Source: Octopus bimaculoides
Taxonomy: Eukaryota
Direction: 5' to 3'
Length of the DNA: 50,860 nt
Assembly: GCF_001194135.2 (NCBI RefSeq)
Contig: NC_068984.1
Span: 132,795,833-132,846,692 of the forward strand
The notes beneath the pieces were generated by a model, which ran no database searches, was not told the DNA's origin, and saw only the letters and a program-made list of their open reading frames with translations. Shown one piece after another: positions 35,515-46,842 of the stretch. The translations under genes and the position numbers were made by a program. Within the stretch, counting starts at the first letter, position 1. Every line of letters starts with the position of its first letter.

Positions 35515-36285
35515 TTACTCAAAGTAGCCACCCTCAGCTGCCACCACGGTCTTAAGATGACTCCAGAACCTGGCACATGCATTCCTCACTGTATACCTGG
35601 GAAGATCTTCAAATGCCTCCTTTAGCATAGTCCCCAGTGTTGTAGGCAGAGTGGTTGGTGTCTTTCTCAACCATGCCCCACACAGTAATCCATGGGATTA
35701 CAATTGAGGGAATTAATAAAATAAATAAATGCACCCTTTTAAAGCCTAGCCAGGCTCATGGGCCCAGTTTCCCAGTTTTGATGGTGTATGCATTCCCCAG
35801 GTAGACGGGACGCCAGTCCATCACAGCGTTACTCATTTTTGCCAGCTGAGTGGATGGGAGCAACGTGAAATGAAGTGTTTTGCTCAAGAACACAATGCAT
35901 CGCCCGGTCCAGGAATTGAAACCACAATCTTACGATCATGGTGCTGACAACCTAACCACTAAGTCATGCGCCTCCACAATTGAGGGAATTAAGTAACCAG
36001 AAATTGGGGATGGTGGAGTCATAGAAATTCTATGACAACCACTTCTGACTCTTCCAGGATGTATGACAAAGCACCAGATCCTGCTGCCTTCCAGTTGCAA
36101 CCCATTCTAGCCAGAGTTTGACCACAGTCTCCAGTAGCTTCCCATGGCTGTCTGAATTGAGCCTAAGGCCCTGTTCAGAGATATGAGGGTGGCATGTCAT
36201 TACCCTCATTCGAGATACACCCAAAGACCATCACAGTTTGGGGGAACTTGGTTTTCCTGATACATGGGACATTACATGAATTGTA
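35515..36285 (-). mobile_element. maT/DD37D-like transposase C-terminal relic split by a SINE
   Basis: KTKFPQTVMVFGCISNEG...CHTS.KSQKWLS...CNPMDY.VWGMVEK...AEGGYFE*. Confidence 0.8.
35716..35975 (-). mobile_element. tRNA-derived SINE with a 16-bp target-site duplication
   Basis: acaattgagggaatta occurs at 35700-35715 and 35976-35991. tRNA-like head on the minus strand and A-rich tail. Confidence 0.85.
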
Positions 36286-37084
36286 AGTAAATCATCCGTT
36301 GTTCTGAGTAGCAGTAGTGGTACACACTCGCACTGAACCTAGAACCAAATAGTTAGGGACCACTTAACCACACCTGCTCATATAAGTGTGTGTGAATATG
36401 TTCGTGCAAATGTTTCAATTGATACTAAGCATGTTTATCAGCAATAGTGAAGTACCACTTCTATATCTAATTCAGCAAAACCAATTACAGTACTGTTGAT
36501 GCCAGAGTATTTTCAGCAAAAACAATAACCCACTTAAGAGTTAACCATACACAATAACAACTGTTTACTTGAATTTGCTATTGTTTTATTTATTAAGGAA
36601 TCTATCTCTATGCTTTTCTGTATGCGACTGTTTCTATGTGTTTGAATATAACCAGAATTATATGAAATAATCTGTGCTTGTCCCTGCTTTCTCTTTCCCC
36701 TTTTCTCTCTTTGATGAGGAAATCAACTGTGAATAATCCATGTATCATGTTTTTACCTAAATTTCCTGTCCGTTAAGTTTATGTCTAGTTTTCCGTTTGT
36801 AATGCTTTCATCTAATTTTTCTCTTTGTTGCGTTCTTTCTGTTCCACCCTTGACACACATACACACACACACACACCCACGCACGCATGCACACACATAC
36901 CCACGCACGCATGCACACACACACACACACACAATCGCACACACGTGCACACACGTGCACACACATAGGGTGTCCCTGCAAAATGTATACATATGGAATG
37001 ATTATAAAGTCAGTGTCTATTAAAATATATTATTTCATTTTCAAAATTTAATAGAATCTACTGATCTTCTGTGAGAATTCAATT

Positions 37085-37440
37085 TTTTTATGGCTGCTTT
37101 CAAACTGATGGCTATTCTGGTTCAGGTTCTGCTGATAACATGAAGCAATAGAGTTGCAAGCCTTAAGAAATATTCTGTTTAGTATTTGTATGTATTCTCC
37201 TTCAATGGCTGCCCTCAATTCATTGCCTGTTTTGTACCACAAACTTTATCTTTTAAGTATATAAAAAAAGTCTAGTAGTGTGAGATTTGATGAATGTGGA
37301 GGGTATTCTACTGAACTGCTTCATCTGCCAAAATTTCATCAAAGTTGGCCATTTCAATGCTACAAGACACATCTTGCAGGAAATAAAACTCCATGTCTTC
37401 AAAGACCTCTCAAATTTTTATCATGACAGATTCCACAAAC
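37085..37440 (-). mobile_element. Tc1/mariner-superfamily (DD41D/rosa-like or related) transposase C-terminal relic
   Basis: FYFLQD...EYPPHSSNLTLLDFF..YLKDKV...ELRAAIE...HQFE resembles WPPRSPDLTPLDFFLWGYLK. Confidence 0.65.
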
Positions 37441-37740
37441 ATCATTCATCATCATCAACATATAACGTCCGTTTTCCATGCTGGCATGGGTTGGACAGCT
37501 CGACATGAATAATGTGGTTTTTTTATATTTTGGTTATCTGTATTTTTGTTACATTAGAGCTTTTTTACAACACACTCATGCATGACCTACTGCTGATAAG
37601 CAAAAACCCCTTTATCTGTTGGTCTGTTGTAAATGAGCTGCGCATCTTCTCTGGGTCTGTATTCTTAGTTCATCAATCAGGGAACAGATTCTCTTTCCCT
37701 ACTCTCATAATGTATATTGTCTGATATATACTTTCTTGGC

Positions 37741-38133
37741 GTGGAGGCGCAATGGCCCAGTGGTTAGGGCAGTGGACTTGCGGTCATAGGATCGCGGTTT
37801 CGATTCCCAGACCGGGCGTTGTGAGTGTTTATTGAGCGAAAACACCTAAAAGCTCAACGAGGCTCCGGCAGGGGATGGTGGCGAACCCTGCTGTACTCTT
37901 TCACCACAACTTTCTCTCACTCTTTCTTCCTCTTTCTGTTGTACCTGTATTTCAAAGGGTCAGCCTTGTCACACACTGTGTCACGCTGAATATCCCCGAG
38001 AACTACGTTAAGGGTACACATGTCTGTGGAGTGCTCAGCCACTTGCACGTTAATTCCATGAGCAGGCTGTTCCGTTGATCCGATCAACTGGAACCCTCGA
38101 CGTCGTAAGCGACGGAGTGCCAACAACAACAAC
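37741..38133 (+). mobile_element. tRNA-derived SINE family C, full length, with (CAA)n tail
   Basis: A and B boxes in the head; body homologous to 21298-21622. Confidence 0.85.
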
Positions 38134-40784
38134 TTTCTTGGCAATGACATTCATATACTTAGCAAATACAAGGATGCTATGTGTTAAGATGGTGTTTCTT
38201 TTATTGTCTGAATCATTTATATACTCTGTAAATTTCATCAATAATACAGACAAGGAGTTCTGCAGAACTATAAACGACACAAGGGACTGCCTTTTTGAAA
38301 TATTCTTTGATGTTACTGTGTCCTGTTAGTGACAAATTGTCACTTCAGAATGGTAGCCTAGGCTGGAGTCAGGTTGTCTATAACACATATTAGAGCTTCT
38401 GTAACTGTAACAAGTCAAAAGGCCTCTAGTATCTATGAGTGGGGAACAAAAGTAAGTGTGTTGTAATCCAGTCAATTGTAACCAAATCCCTTTTATGCTG
38501 TTGCTCCTCTAACTTCATAGCTTTATTGATTAGAAGTAAACATCTCCAAATGTTTGTTCAACTATGATGTTATTAGTGCTATTACTGCAGGAATATGTTC
38601 AGACAAGTTGTATATAATTTATACATTAAACGCTGGTATATAATTAGTATTCACCATGTGAATGGCTCTCTTTATTTAGTATTAGTCTGGTTTTTGCCAA
38701 TACCATCCTGTTTGGTATATCTAAAAATCATTCTCTCTCTCTCTTGACTAGCAATCATCTTTTGGTTTGAGTCATGACAGAACGACTTGTTCCAGTTTAT
38801 AGACATTTATGTTATCTATATGTCTTCTGTTTATAGCTGGCAATTATCTAATTCAGTCCATTTGTCTCATCAGCAATTAGGCCATTGAAACCAAAGCATG
38901 ACAATATCTAAACAGCATATTTCAACAATGCAAATTATCTGACTGATTTAAAACGATGTACATTTCTGCAAACACATTAATGTAAACATTGTCTTGATGT
39001 AAACTAGAGGTCTGAAGTTTATCATATTTGAATTCTGTGTTATTTTAACCTTTATTCTCAAACCACATGCTGTGTTGGTAATTATTGCATAATTTTACAA
39101 ACAAGGTCCTATGATATTGTGAGTCATTTGCAGAGGTGAACAAAAAGGGGCAGCTAAGGAACCTGACCAGAAGCAAAAGTGGAAGTGGTATCAGGTGAAA
39201 GAGAGGAAGATTTGAGAGGGCACTTTTGGACTAAAGGGATCAGCTACAACAGTTGTGATGTTGGAGTCTTTGAGTACTCTAGCTTCTGGCCAGTGGCTGG
39301 GGTAAGAGAGAGTCCCTGAGTTGCACAGCATCTTCAAGTAGTAACTGGGGACTTCCCTTTGAAGTCGTTCCTAGAGGTTAAACTAAGAGAATCTCTGTTC
39401 TTTATATAATAAGCTATTTTGGTGTCAGCTTTTCTTTTGTCAATATTCGATATGGCAATGTAAATAAAGGTTGACAGTAATGTTCTGAAGCACTTTCCCT
39501 ATGAAGGTGATGTTGTGACCTGGACTAAAATAGTAAGGTTTGTTGCTAAGTTGCAGGGGATACAGGGAATAATGAAAAATGTATGAAGGTTCCAAAATTA
39601 TCCTTAAGGACTATCTGACAAAGGCTTAACTCAAGAAGAGTACTTATGAAATCAGGTGTTTCATAAAAACAGGAGTTGATCTGTGGTTAATTGTCTCAAT
39701 GATTGTACATTGTTTTACTTTTGTTATCTTTGTCCTCTGGACAATAGTCAGCTGAAAAGATCATATTTTCTAGGGATTCCACTTCCAATCCCTGTGCAGC
39801 AGCCACAGCCAGAATACTATCACCAACCTCTGGGATAAAAGTAGGGACATGCAAATCTTTCAAGGGTTCCACTTCAGGAGTAGTCAAAACAGCCTAAGCA
39901 CTGTCTTTTGCACTTGTCAATGATAAATGCAATGCATGAATTCTTGGCCTTTGAACCAAGTTAAAAATATATATATACTGTATTTCAAGCACTTTTTTAA
40001 AAAAAGGTATAAAAAAATTACCCTGGGCCCTATTTGTGAAGTTGGGCCTCCCATAAGCTTTAATGCACTAAAAACATTTTTTTCCCCTAAATACATATGG
40101 CTGAAATTAGGGTGCATCTAATATGCCCATGTTCCTTTTATGCCATCAAATACAGTACTTTCATGTATTGAGTTCTATTCCTCCTGTTTGTTACTAGCAA
40201 GAATGTATATATGTGTGTACCTGTGTATAGTTATAAGTATATGTATAATATAAATATGATGTAACAGATGAAAACATCAGTGAATATAAACACCATCTGT
40301 TGATGCTTGCATAATGTTTTGTAAACAGGAAAGTTCAGTGAATAAAATGATGCCATCATATAAAACAATAACAATATAAGTCCAATGAAATGGAAATATA
40401 AAAAAAGAATAAACATGACAGCTGAGATGTCTTATGGATGTATATATTCTAGTAGTATAAACTTTTGTTTCAAGACTCAGAACAGTATGAAGGTTGCAGG
40501 CAATTAGATTTGTAAGGAATAAAGCTTGTTCATTGCCATCTCATAAGGTTCAGTGATCAGAAATGCATTAAGACTGAAGTTGTGGCATGAAACATGGATT
40601 GTTATTTGATGGCTTTTTTGTGGCTCACAAACAGAAATCAGCAGAATTGATCCAGTTTATGACTTTTATTCAAATTTTCAACTCTTTATTTTATTGATTT
40701 GAATCAGTTGAAGGGCTAGCTCAACATTGATAACATTTTACTTAGTACTTATACAAGTTCCTTTGTATCCTCTTTTTTTTTTTT

Positions 40785-41184
40785 AGGAGTGGCTGTGTGG
40801 TAAGTAGCTTGCTTACCAACCACATGGTCCCGGGTTCAGTCCCACTGCGTAGCACCTTGGACAAGTGTCCTTCTACTATAGCCTCGGGCCGACCAAAGTC
40901 TTGTGAGTGGATTTGGTTGACGGAAACTGGAAGAAGCCCGTCGTATATATGTATATATATATATGTATGTGTGTGTGTTAGTGTGTCTGTTTGTTCCCCC
41001 AGCATTGCTTGACAACCGATGCTGGTATGTTTACGTCCCCGTAACTTAGCGGTTTGGCAAAAGAGACTGATAGAATAAGTACTAGGCTTACAAAGAATAA
41101 GCTCTGGAGTCAATTTGCTCAACTATAAAGGCGGTGCTCCAGCATGGCCTCAGTCATATGACTGAAACAAGTAAAAGAGTAAAA
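40785..41184 (+). mobile_element. SINE family A, full length
   Basis: Highly similar to 20295-20714. Confidence 0.85.
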
Positions 41185-41699
41185 GAAGAAAAGAGTAAAT
41201 GTTAGATAATATCTATAGCATCCCATGGAAATCGAATATTCTTTACATATTCTAAGGTGTATAGCAAAAATTAGATTACTTCTGAAAAAGTAGAAAATAT
41301 GCCTGCCTTGAACTCGGATTAACCTGTTACTATATATAAATATATTCAATTCTGTATTATTAAGTGCAATGCATTAAGCTCTTTGCCTTTGAGCCGCTTA
41401 TGTAACTTTACAGCCTCTTATGAGTTGAATTCTCTCACTCCTGTTTGTACTAACAAATTTATTGATATGTGCGTGTAGGCATGTAATATAAATATAATAA
41501 AATTGTCATTTAATATGAAAATCTCTATGCAGTCACTATAAATAGAAACTTAAAATCACTGTAGCATAAGTAAATTGAAAGAAAGGGTCCTGTTTTTTTA
41601 ATAATTAAGCACATATCTAGGCTAAGGCACCGAATATAGACCAAAATTGCCAGACTGCTACCTGAAAACTCAGCATTCACCTTTTTAATGCTAATCTGC

Positions 41700-41897
41700 C
41701 TGAGACCAATCCTAGTTCTGATACAAACTTCCTGTTTTAAGGCGATCTAAATTAAAACCTTCCGTCAAGATTTCGAATTCTTTTACGTTTACAAACCCCA
41801 GCTTAACAAAATCATTTTACTGAATTATAAATTATTTTCAAACTTACATGAAACGAAGCTTGTGTATTTCAAGAGGAATATTGTAACGAAAGGGTTA
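41700..41897. mobile_element. Second TTAA-ended (piggyBac-like) non-autonomous repeat
   Basis: Ends ...gtaacgaagggTTAA. A related fragment lies at ~23440-23590. Confidence 0.45.
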
Positions 41898-42090
41898 AAA
41901 CCAAAGTATTTTACTTTGTGATAAACATAAGGTTCTGTTTGTGAATCTATGTACACTGCTTTTTGATAACATTCTAACCCAGATGTTAAACTTTCACATG
42001 ATTTTATTGGTATAATTGCTAAAACAATAAGCACAACTATGTTAAATGATATATATATTTATTTATTTATTTATTACACACACAAACATC

Positions 42091-42380
42091 TTTTATCTTT
42101 TACTTGTTTCAGTCATTTGACCGCAGCTGTACTGGGGCTCTGCCTAGAAATTTTAGTCAAATGTATCAACCCCAGCATGCATGTGTGTGTTTGTGTGCAT
42201 GCATGCATGCATGTATGTGTGTGTATGCGTGCGTGCGTGTGCGTGTGTGTCAGGCTGGTTTCAGTTTCTGCTTAGCAAATTCACTCATAAGGCTTTGGTT
42301 GGCCCAAGGTGCCATGCATTGGGCCTGAGTCCTGAACCATGCGCTTGGGAGCCAAACTTCATGCCACACAGCTACGCCTG
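42091..42380 (-). mobile_element. SINE family A, diverged and partly deleted, reverse
   Basis: ttttacttgtttcagtcatttg tail plus head remnants. Confidence 0.7.
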
Positions 42381-42386
42381 CACATA

Positions 42387-42422
<36 letters not shown>

Positions 42423-42771
42423 CGCGCGTGCGTGCGTGCACGCTTGCTTTTATTTTATAATAAAACAATTTTACATCAAATTGAAGTATTTTTCAATACA
42501 TTTGGGAGAGTAAAATTTATTATTCTTTAACAAGAATAGTACTGACAATGATTTTAAAGTTTCAGCCAGCTGAGCCATCATACATTTTTATTTATTTAAA
42601 TATATATATATATATACATACATATATTTTGTTTTATATTCACACACACACACACACACACATAAGTTTAGAGCTATTGGGTGGGTTTTTAAAATTTGTG
42701 TAATTTTAATGTTTATGAATCAAACAGATGAATTAAAACTTGTATTTAATCCACTTTTAAATATACTTTTT

Positions 42772-42932
42772 TATTCCAAGCACAAGGCCTGAAATTTTTG
42801 GGGAGGGGGCCAGTCAATTAAGATCGACCCTGAAAGGACGAAAGGCAAAGTCAACCTCGGCGGAATTTGAACTCAGAACGTAAAGACAAACGAAATACTG
42901 CTAAGCATTTCGCTTGCTAGTTGCCTTCCACC
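42772..42932 (-). mobile_element. SINE family D, reverse, partial
   Basis: Reverse complement of the 9650-9884 head and core. Confidence 0.7.
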
Positions 42933-43369
42933 TTTAAATATTCTATGAAACAACTATAAATTATTATTAAAATATATATTTTTAAAAAAGATTTCAGTGT
43001 GCTTTAATGTTCATCTTGTGTATAGAATTGAAGATATCATGTATTTAGGATAACAGGGAAGCAAAAATATCTCTGTACTCTCCGAAGTAGTGATGAGAGA
43101 ATTGCTGAGTAGATATCAGGCTTGTGATTGTAATGTGGTGGATTTGATTGCTGGGCCTGGAGGCATGCTGTGTTCTTGAGCAAGACACTTCACTTCATAC
43201 TACTTCAGTCCATTTAGCTAAAAAACTGAATATCAGTCTAGTACCGGGACATACTTCTCTCATCCCAGCTGTCATGTTTTGGGTGTTCTGCAAGATCAAG
43301 GTGCCTGTTTGCCTGTTCATAACTATGTATGTATCAAAAATAATTATTGAAAGCATGGTACATCCTCAC

Positions 43370-43590
43370 CATTATTGTCAATGTTTAACGTCAACTTTCC
43401 CATGCTGGCATGGGTTAGACAGAATTTGTTGAGGCAGATTTTCTCTGGCCAGATGCCCTTCCTGTTGCCAACCCTCACCTGTTTCCAAGCAAGGTCATGT
43501 TTCCTTATGGCTGAACCCGTTTTTCATGGAAGACGAGAAACAAACAACCTTGCTTGTATGATGATGATAATGTTCATTTACAACCATCAT
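43370..43590 (-). mobile_element. RTE-tail repeat, reverse
   Basis: gtttaacgtcaactttcccatgctggcatgggttagac... Confidence 0.7.
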
Positions 43591-44706
43591 GTTTTAGCTA
43601 GAAAAGGGTACACACACATACACATGATTGGCTTCTTTTCAGTGCCTGTCTACTGAATCCATTCACAAGGCTTTGGTCAGCCTGGGGCCATAGTAGAAGA
43701 CACTTGCTCATACACACATGCATTATAACAAAAAAGGAATGAAAATTTAAAAACCAAATAAAACAGTTGAACTTTTTATTCAGTACAAGACATACAATAT
43801 AATTAGATAAATATCCACATATAAGTTTTCTTTTAAATTTAGAGGAAAAAACAAACAAACAAAATGAAAACAAAAACATAACAACACTTTTACAAAAAAA
43901 GTGAAAAATGCATTGTTTTTTTTCTTCTTTTTACAACAAGAAACATTGCATACATAGCAATGTATGCAAAGAATGTTCCAGATATTTTATAATTGACAAT
44001 GTAAAAACGATGTAAGAATATATCAAGTCCATTTAATTTACATTATGGTTTATGTTTTTTTTGTAAAGTAGCTTGATAATAAATTAGGTACATCGGATTT
44101 CTTTATATTGAAACTATCAACAACTATATAACAATAATAACATTTAATAACTCAACTAAAACAAATCTGAGTGTCTGAGGATAGGGGTAGAAGCAAACTC
44201 AAAATGGCAGGCAAAAGCAGGAGACAAAATTAATTGAAAAATTTTCCTAATATTCAGGAAGAGAAGGAAGTGACGGAATAAATGCAATATTTAGGGAAAA
44301 AGGAGAGGAAAGGGATTGAGATGATTTTCTAAATTATAAGAGATTGGGAATTAAATTTTGGCGACATTGCAAGAGATGTTACTAATTCCCAGAAGTCGTT
44401 TTCTGAGTTATGCCATCAATTAACTTTGCTAAACACCATAAAATCCTTTTATGAACAAATTTCCAAAGGAAATCAATTTATGCTATTGGAATCCAGTAAA
44501 AATGTTGACAGATCATTTTTGTTATCTATTCACCAGATTAAGGTATCTATATATATGGTTAGATCCCAAATGTAATTAATAATTGTGTATGCCTGCTGTT
44601 GGTAAGCAATGCGAACTCTTAACATTTTGGGACAGAGCTCTCCACCAGAGGAGGAAAGTGAAATACTTTCTGATAACGTTGAATAAGCTTGGAGGGAGAG
44701 AGAAAA

Positions 44707-44710
<4 letters not shown>

Positions 44711-44772
<62 letters not shown>
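44711..44772. repeat. (TA)n microsatellite (one of dozens of TA, CA, CT, TATC, GAT and ATT microsatellites in the window)
   Basis: Direct inspection. Confidence 0.95.
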
Positions 44773-44778
<6 letters not shown>

Positions 44779-44894
44779 ACACATATACGAGTTTACTGTC
44801 CCATTAAAGTAGGATCAACGAAAAAAGCACTCCATTCAGTGAGAGATAAACATCATTTAATGCACACTGTATTAAAATAAGAGCTAATAGTTTC

Positions 44895-45074
44895 TTTCCA
44901 TCACGACATGTGGTTAGATAGGTTTCTATAATGTACCTTGTGTCTCCAAGCAATCTTCAAGCTCTGAACACAAGGTTTTTCAAATAGAACAAACCATGTA
45001 CGCAGAGCCCAAAGACTGCTTAGAGACACAAGGCACATTATACAAATCAGCCTAACCACATATTGCAATGGCAA
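44895..45074. repeat. Inverted repeat (MITE-like hairpin), arms ~60-75 bp, loop ~36 bp
   Basis: 44907-44966 versus the reverse complement of 45003-45062: 48/60 identical. Confidence 0.8.
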
Positions 45075-45206
45075 GAAACTATTTGTAGCCCTTATTTTAA
45101 TAAAGTTTACATTATATATATATATATCTATATATATATGTATGAATGAGAGAAAGAGAGAGAGAGAGGAATAGTTTCCTTGGACTGTAGTTTTTATTCT
45201 TTTTAA

Positions 45207-45446
<240 letters not shown>

Positions 45447-45653
45447 TAAGTTCCTAAAGGGTTTTTAGCAGGCAAAAGTAAAAGTAGATTGGTGCTGCAG
45501 TTTAGGACATAACAGAAAAATTTGGGTGAGAGGGAGGGAGAAAGAAAGAAAGAAAGGAGAGAGAGGGAGAGAAAGTGAGAAAAATCTGAAAATTCCTAGT
45601 GGGGTGCTAGGTAGAATAAAAACTATAAAACACAAACTAATACTATCACTATT

Positions 45654-45685
<32 letters not shown>

Positions 45686-46630
45686 CAGGGAGAAACAGTT
45701 TTGCAAAATGGAAGAATATATATGATATTGGCAGGGGGGGGGGCGGACTAAATCTTTAAACAAACACAAGCTTGGATAAAAATAAATAAGAAAGTAGAAT
45801 CTGTTAGATTTTCCATTCTTGATTAATCTACATACTCAATTAACACAACACTAAAAACATATAGAGGAAAAAAAGTTAATTTCTAAGATAGGCACAAGGC
45901 CACAAAATTTTGGGGCAGGGTTCAGCCAATAGATACGTATGTNNNNNNNNNNNNNNNNNNNNNNNNNNNNNNNNNNNNNNNNNNNNNNNNNNNNNNNNNN
46001 NNNNNNNNNNNNNNNNNNNNNNNNNNNNNNNNNNNNNNNNNNNNNNNNNNNNNNNNNNNNNNNNNNNNNNNNNNNNNNNNNNNNNNNNNNNNNNNNNNNN
46101 NNNNNNNNNNNNNNNNNNNNNNNNNNNNNNNNNNNNNNNNNNNNNNNNNNNNNNNNNNNNNNNNNNNNNNNNNNNNNNNNNNNNNNNNNNNNNNNNNNNN
46201 NNNNNNNNNNNNNNNNNNNNNNNNNNNNNNNNNNNNNNNNNNNNNNNNNNNNNNNNNNNNNNNNNNNNNNNNNNNNNNNNNNNNNNNNNNNNNNNNNNNN
46301 NNNNNNNNNNNNNNNNNNNNNNNNNNNNNNNNNNNNNNNNNNNNNNNNNNNNNNNNNNNNNNNNNNNNNNNNNNNNNNNNNNNNNNNNNNNNNNNNNNNN
46401 NNNNNNNNNNNNNNNNNNNNNNNNNNNNNNNNNNNNNNNNNNNNNNNNNNNNNNNNNNNNNNNNNNNNNNNNNNNNNNNNNNNNNNNNNNNNNNNNNNNN
46501 NNNNNNNNNNNNNNNNNNNNNNNNNNNNNNNNNNNNNNNNNNNNNNNNNNNNNNNNNNNNNNNNNNNNNNNNNNNNNNNNNNNNNNNNNNNNNNNNNNNN
46601 NNNNNNNNNNNNNNNNNNNNNNNNNNNNNN

Positions 46631-46685
<55 letters not shown>

Positions 46686-46796
46686 CATACACACACACAT
46701 GTATGTGTATATATAACAATATAACATATACATGTATACACATATGCACACACATGTAGAAATATACACATACATACATACACACACACAGATAAC

Positions 46797-46842
<46 letters not shown>

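Noticed and set aside
37741-37815. tRNA-like sequences (also at 20295, 21298, 29036 and 9650)
   Set aside because: These are SINE heads: A/B boxes are present but there is no complete cloverleaf, and each runs into a repeated SINE body.
39696-39887. Faint resemblance of LHVPTFIPEVG to ubiquitin-activating enzyme E1 sequence
   Set aside because: Too short, and no other E1 exons are visible. Left unassigned.
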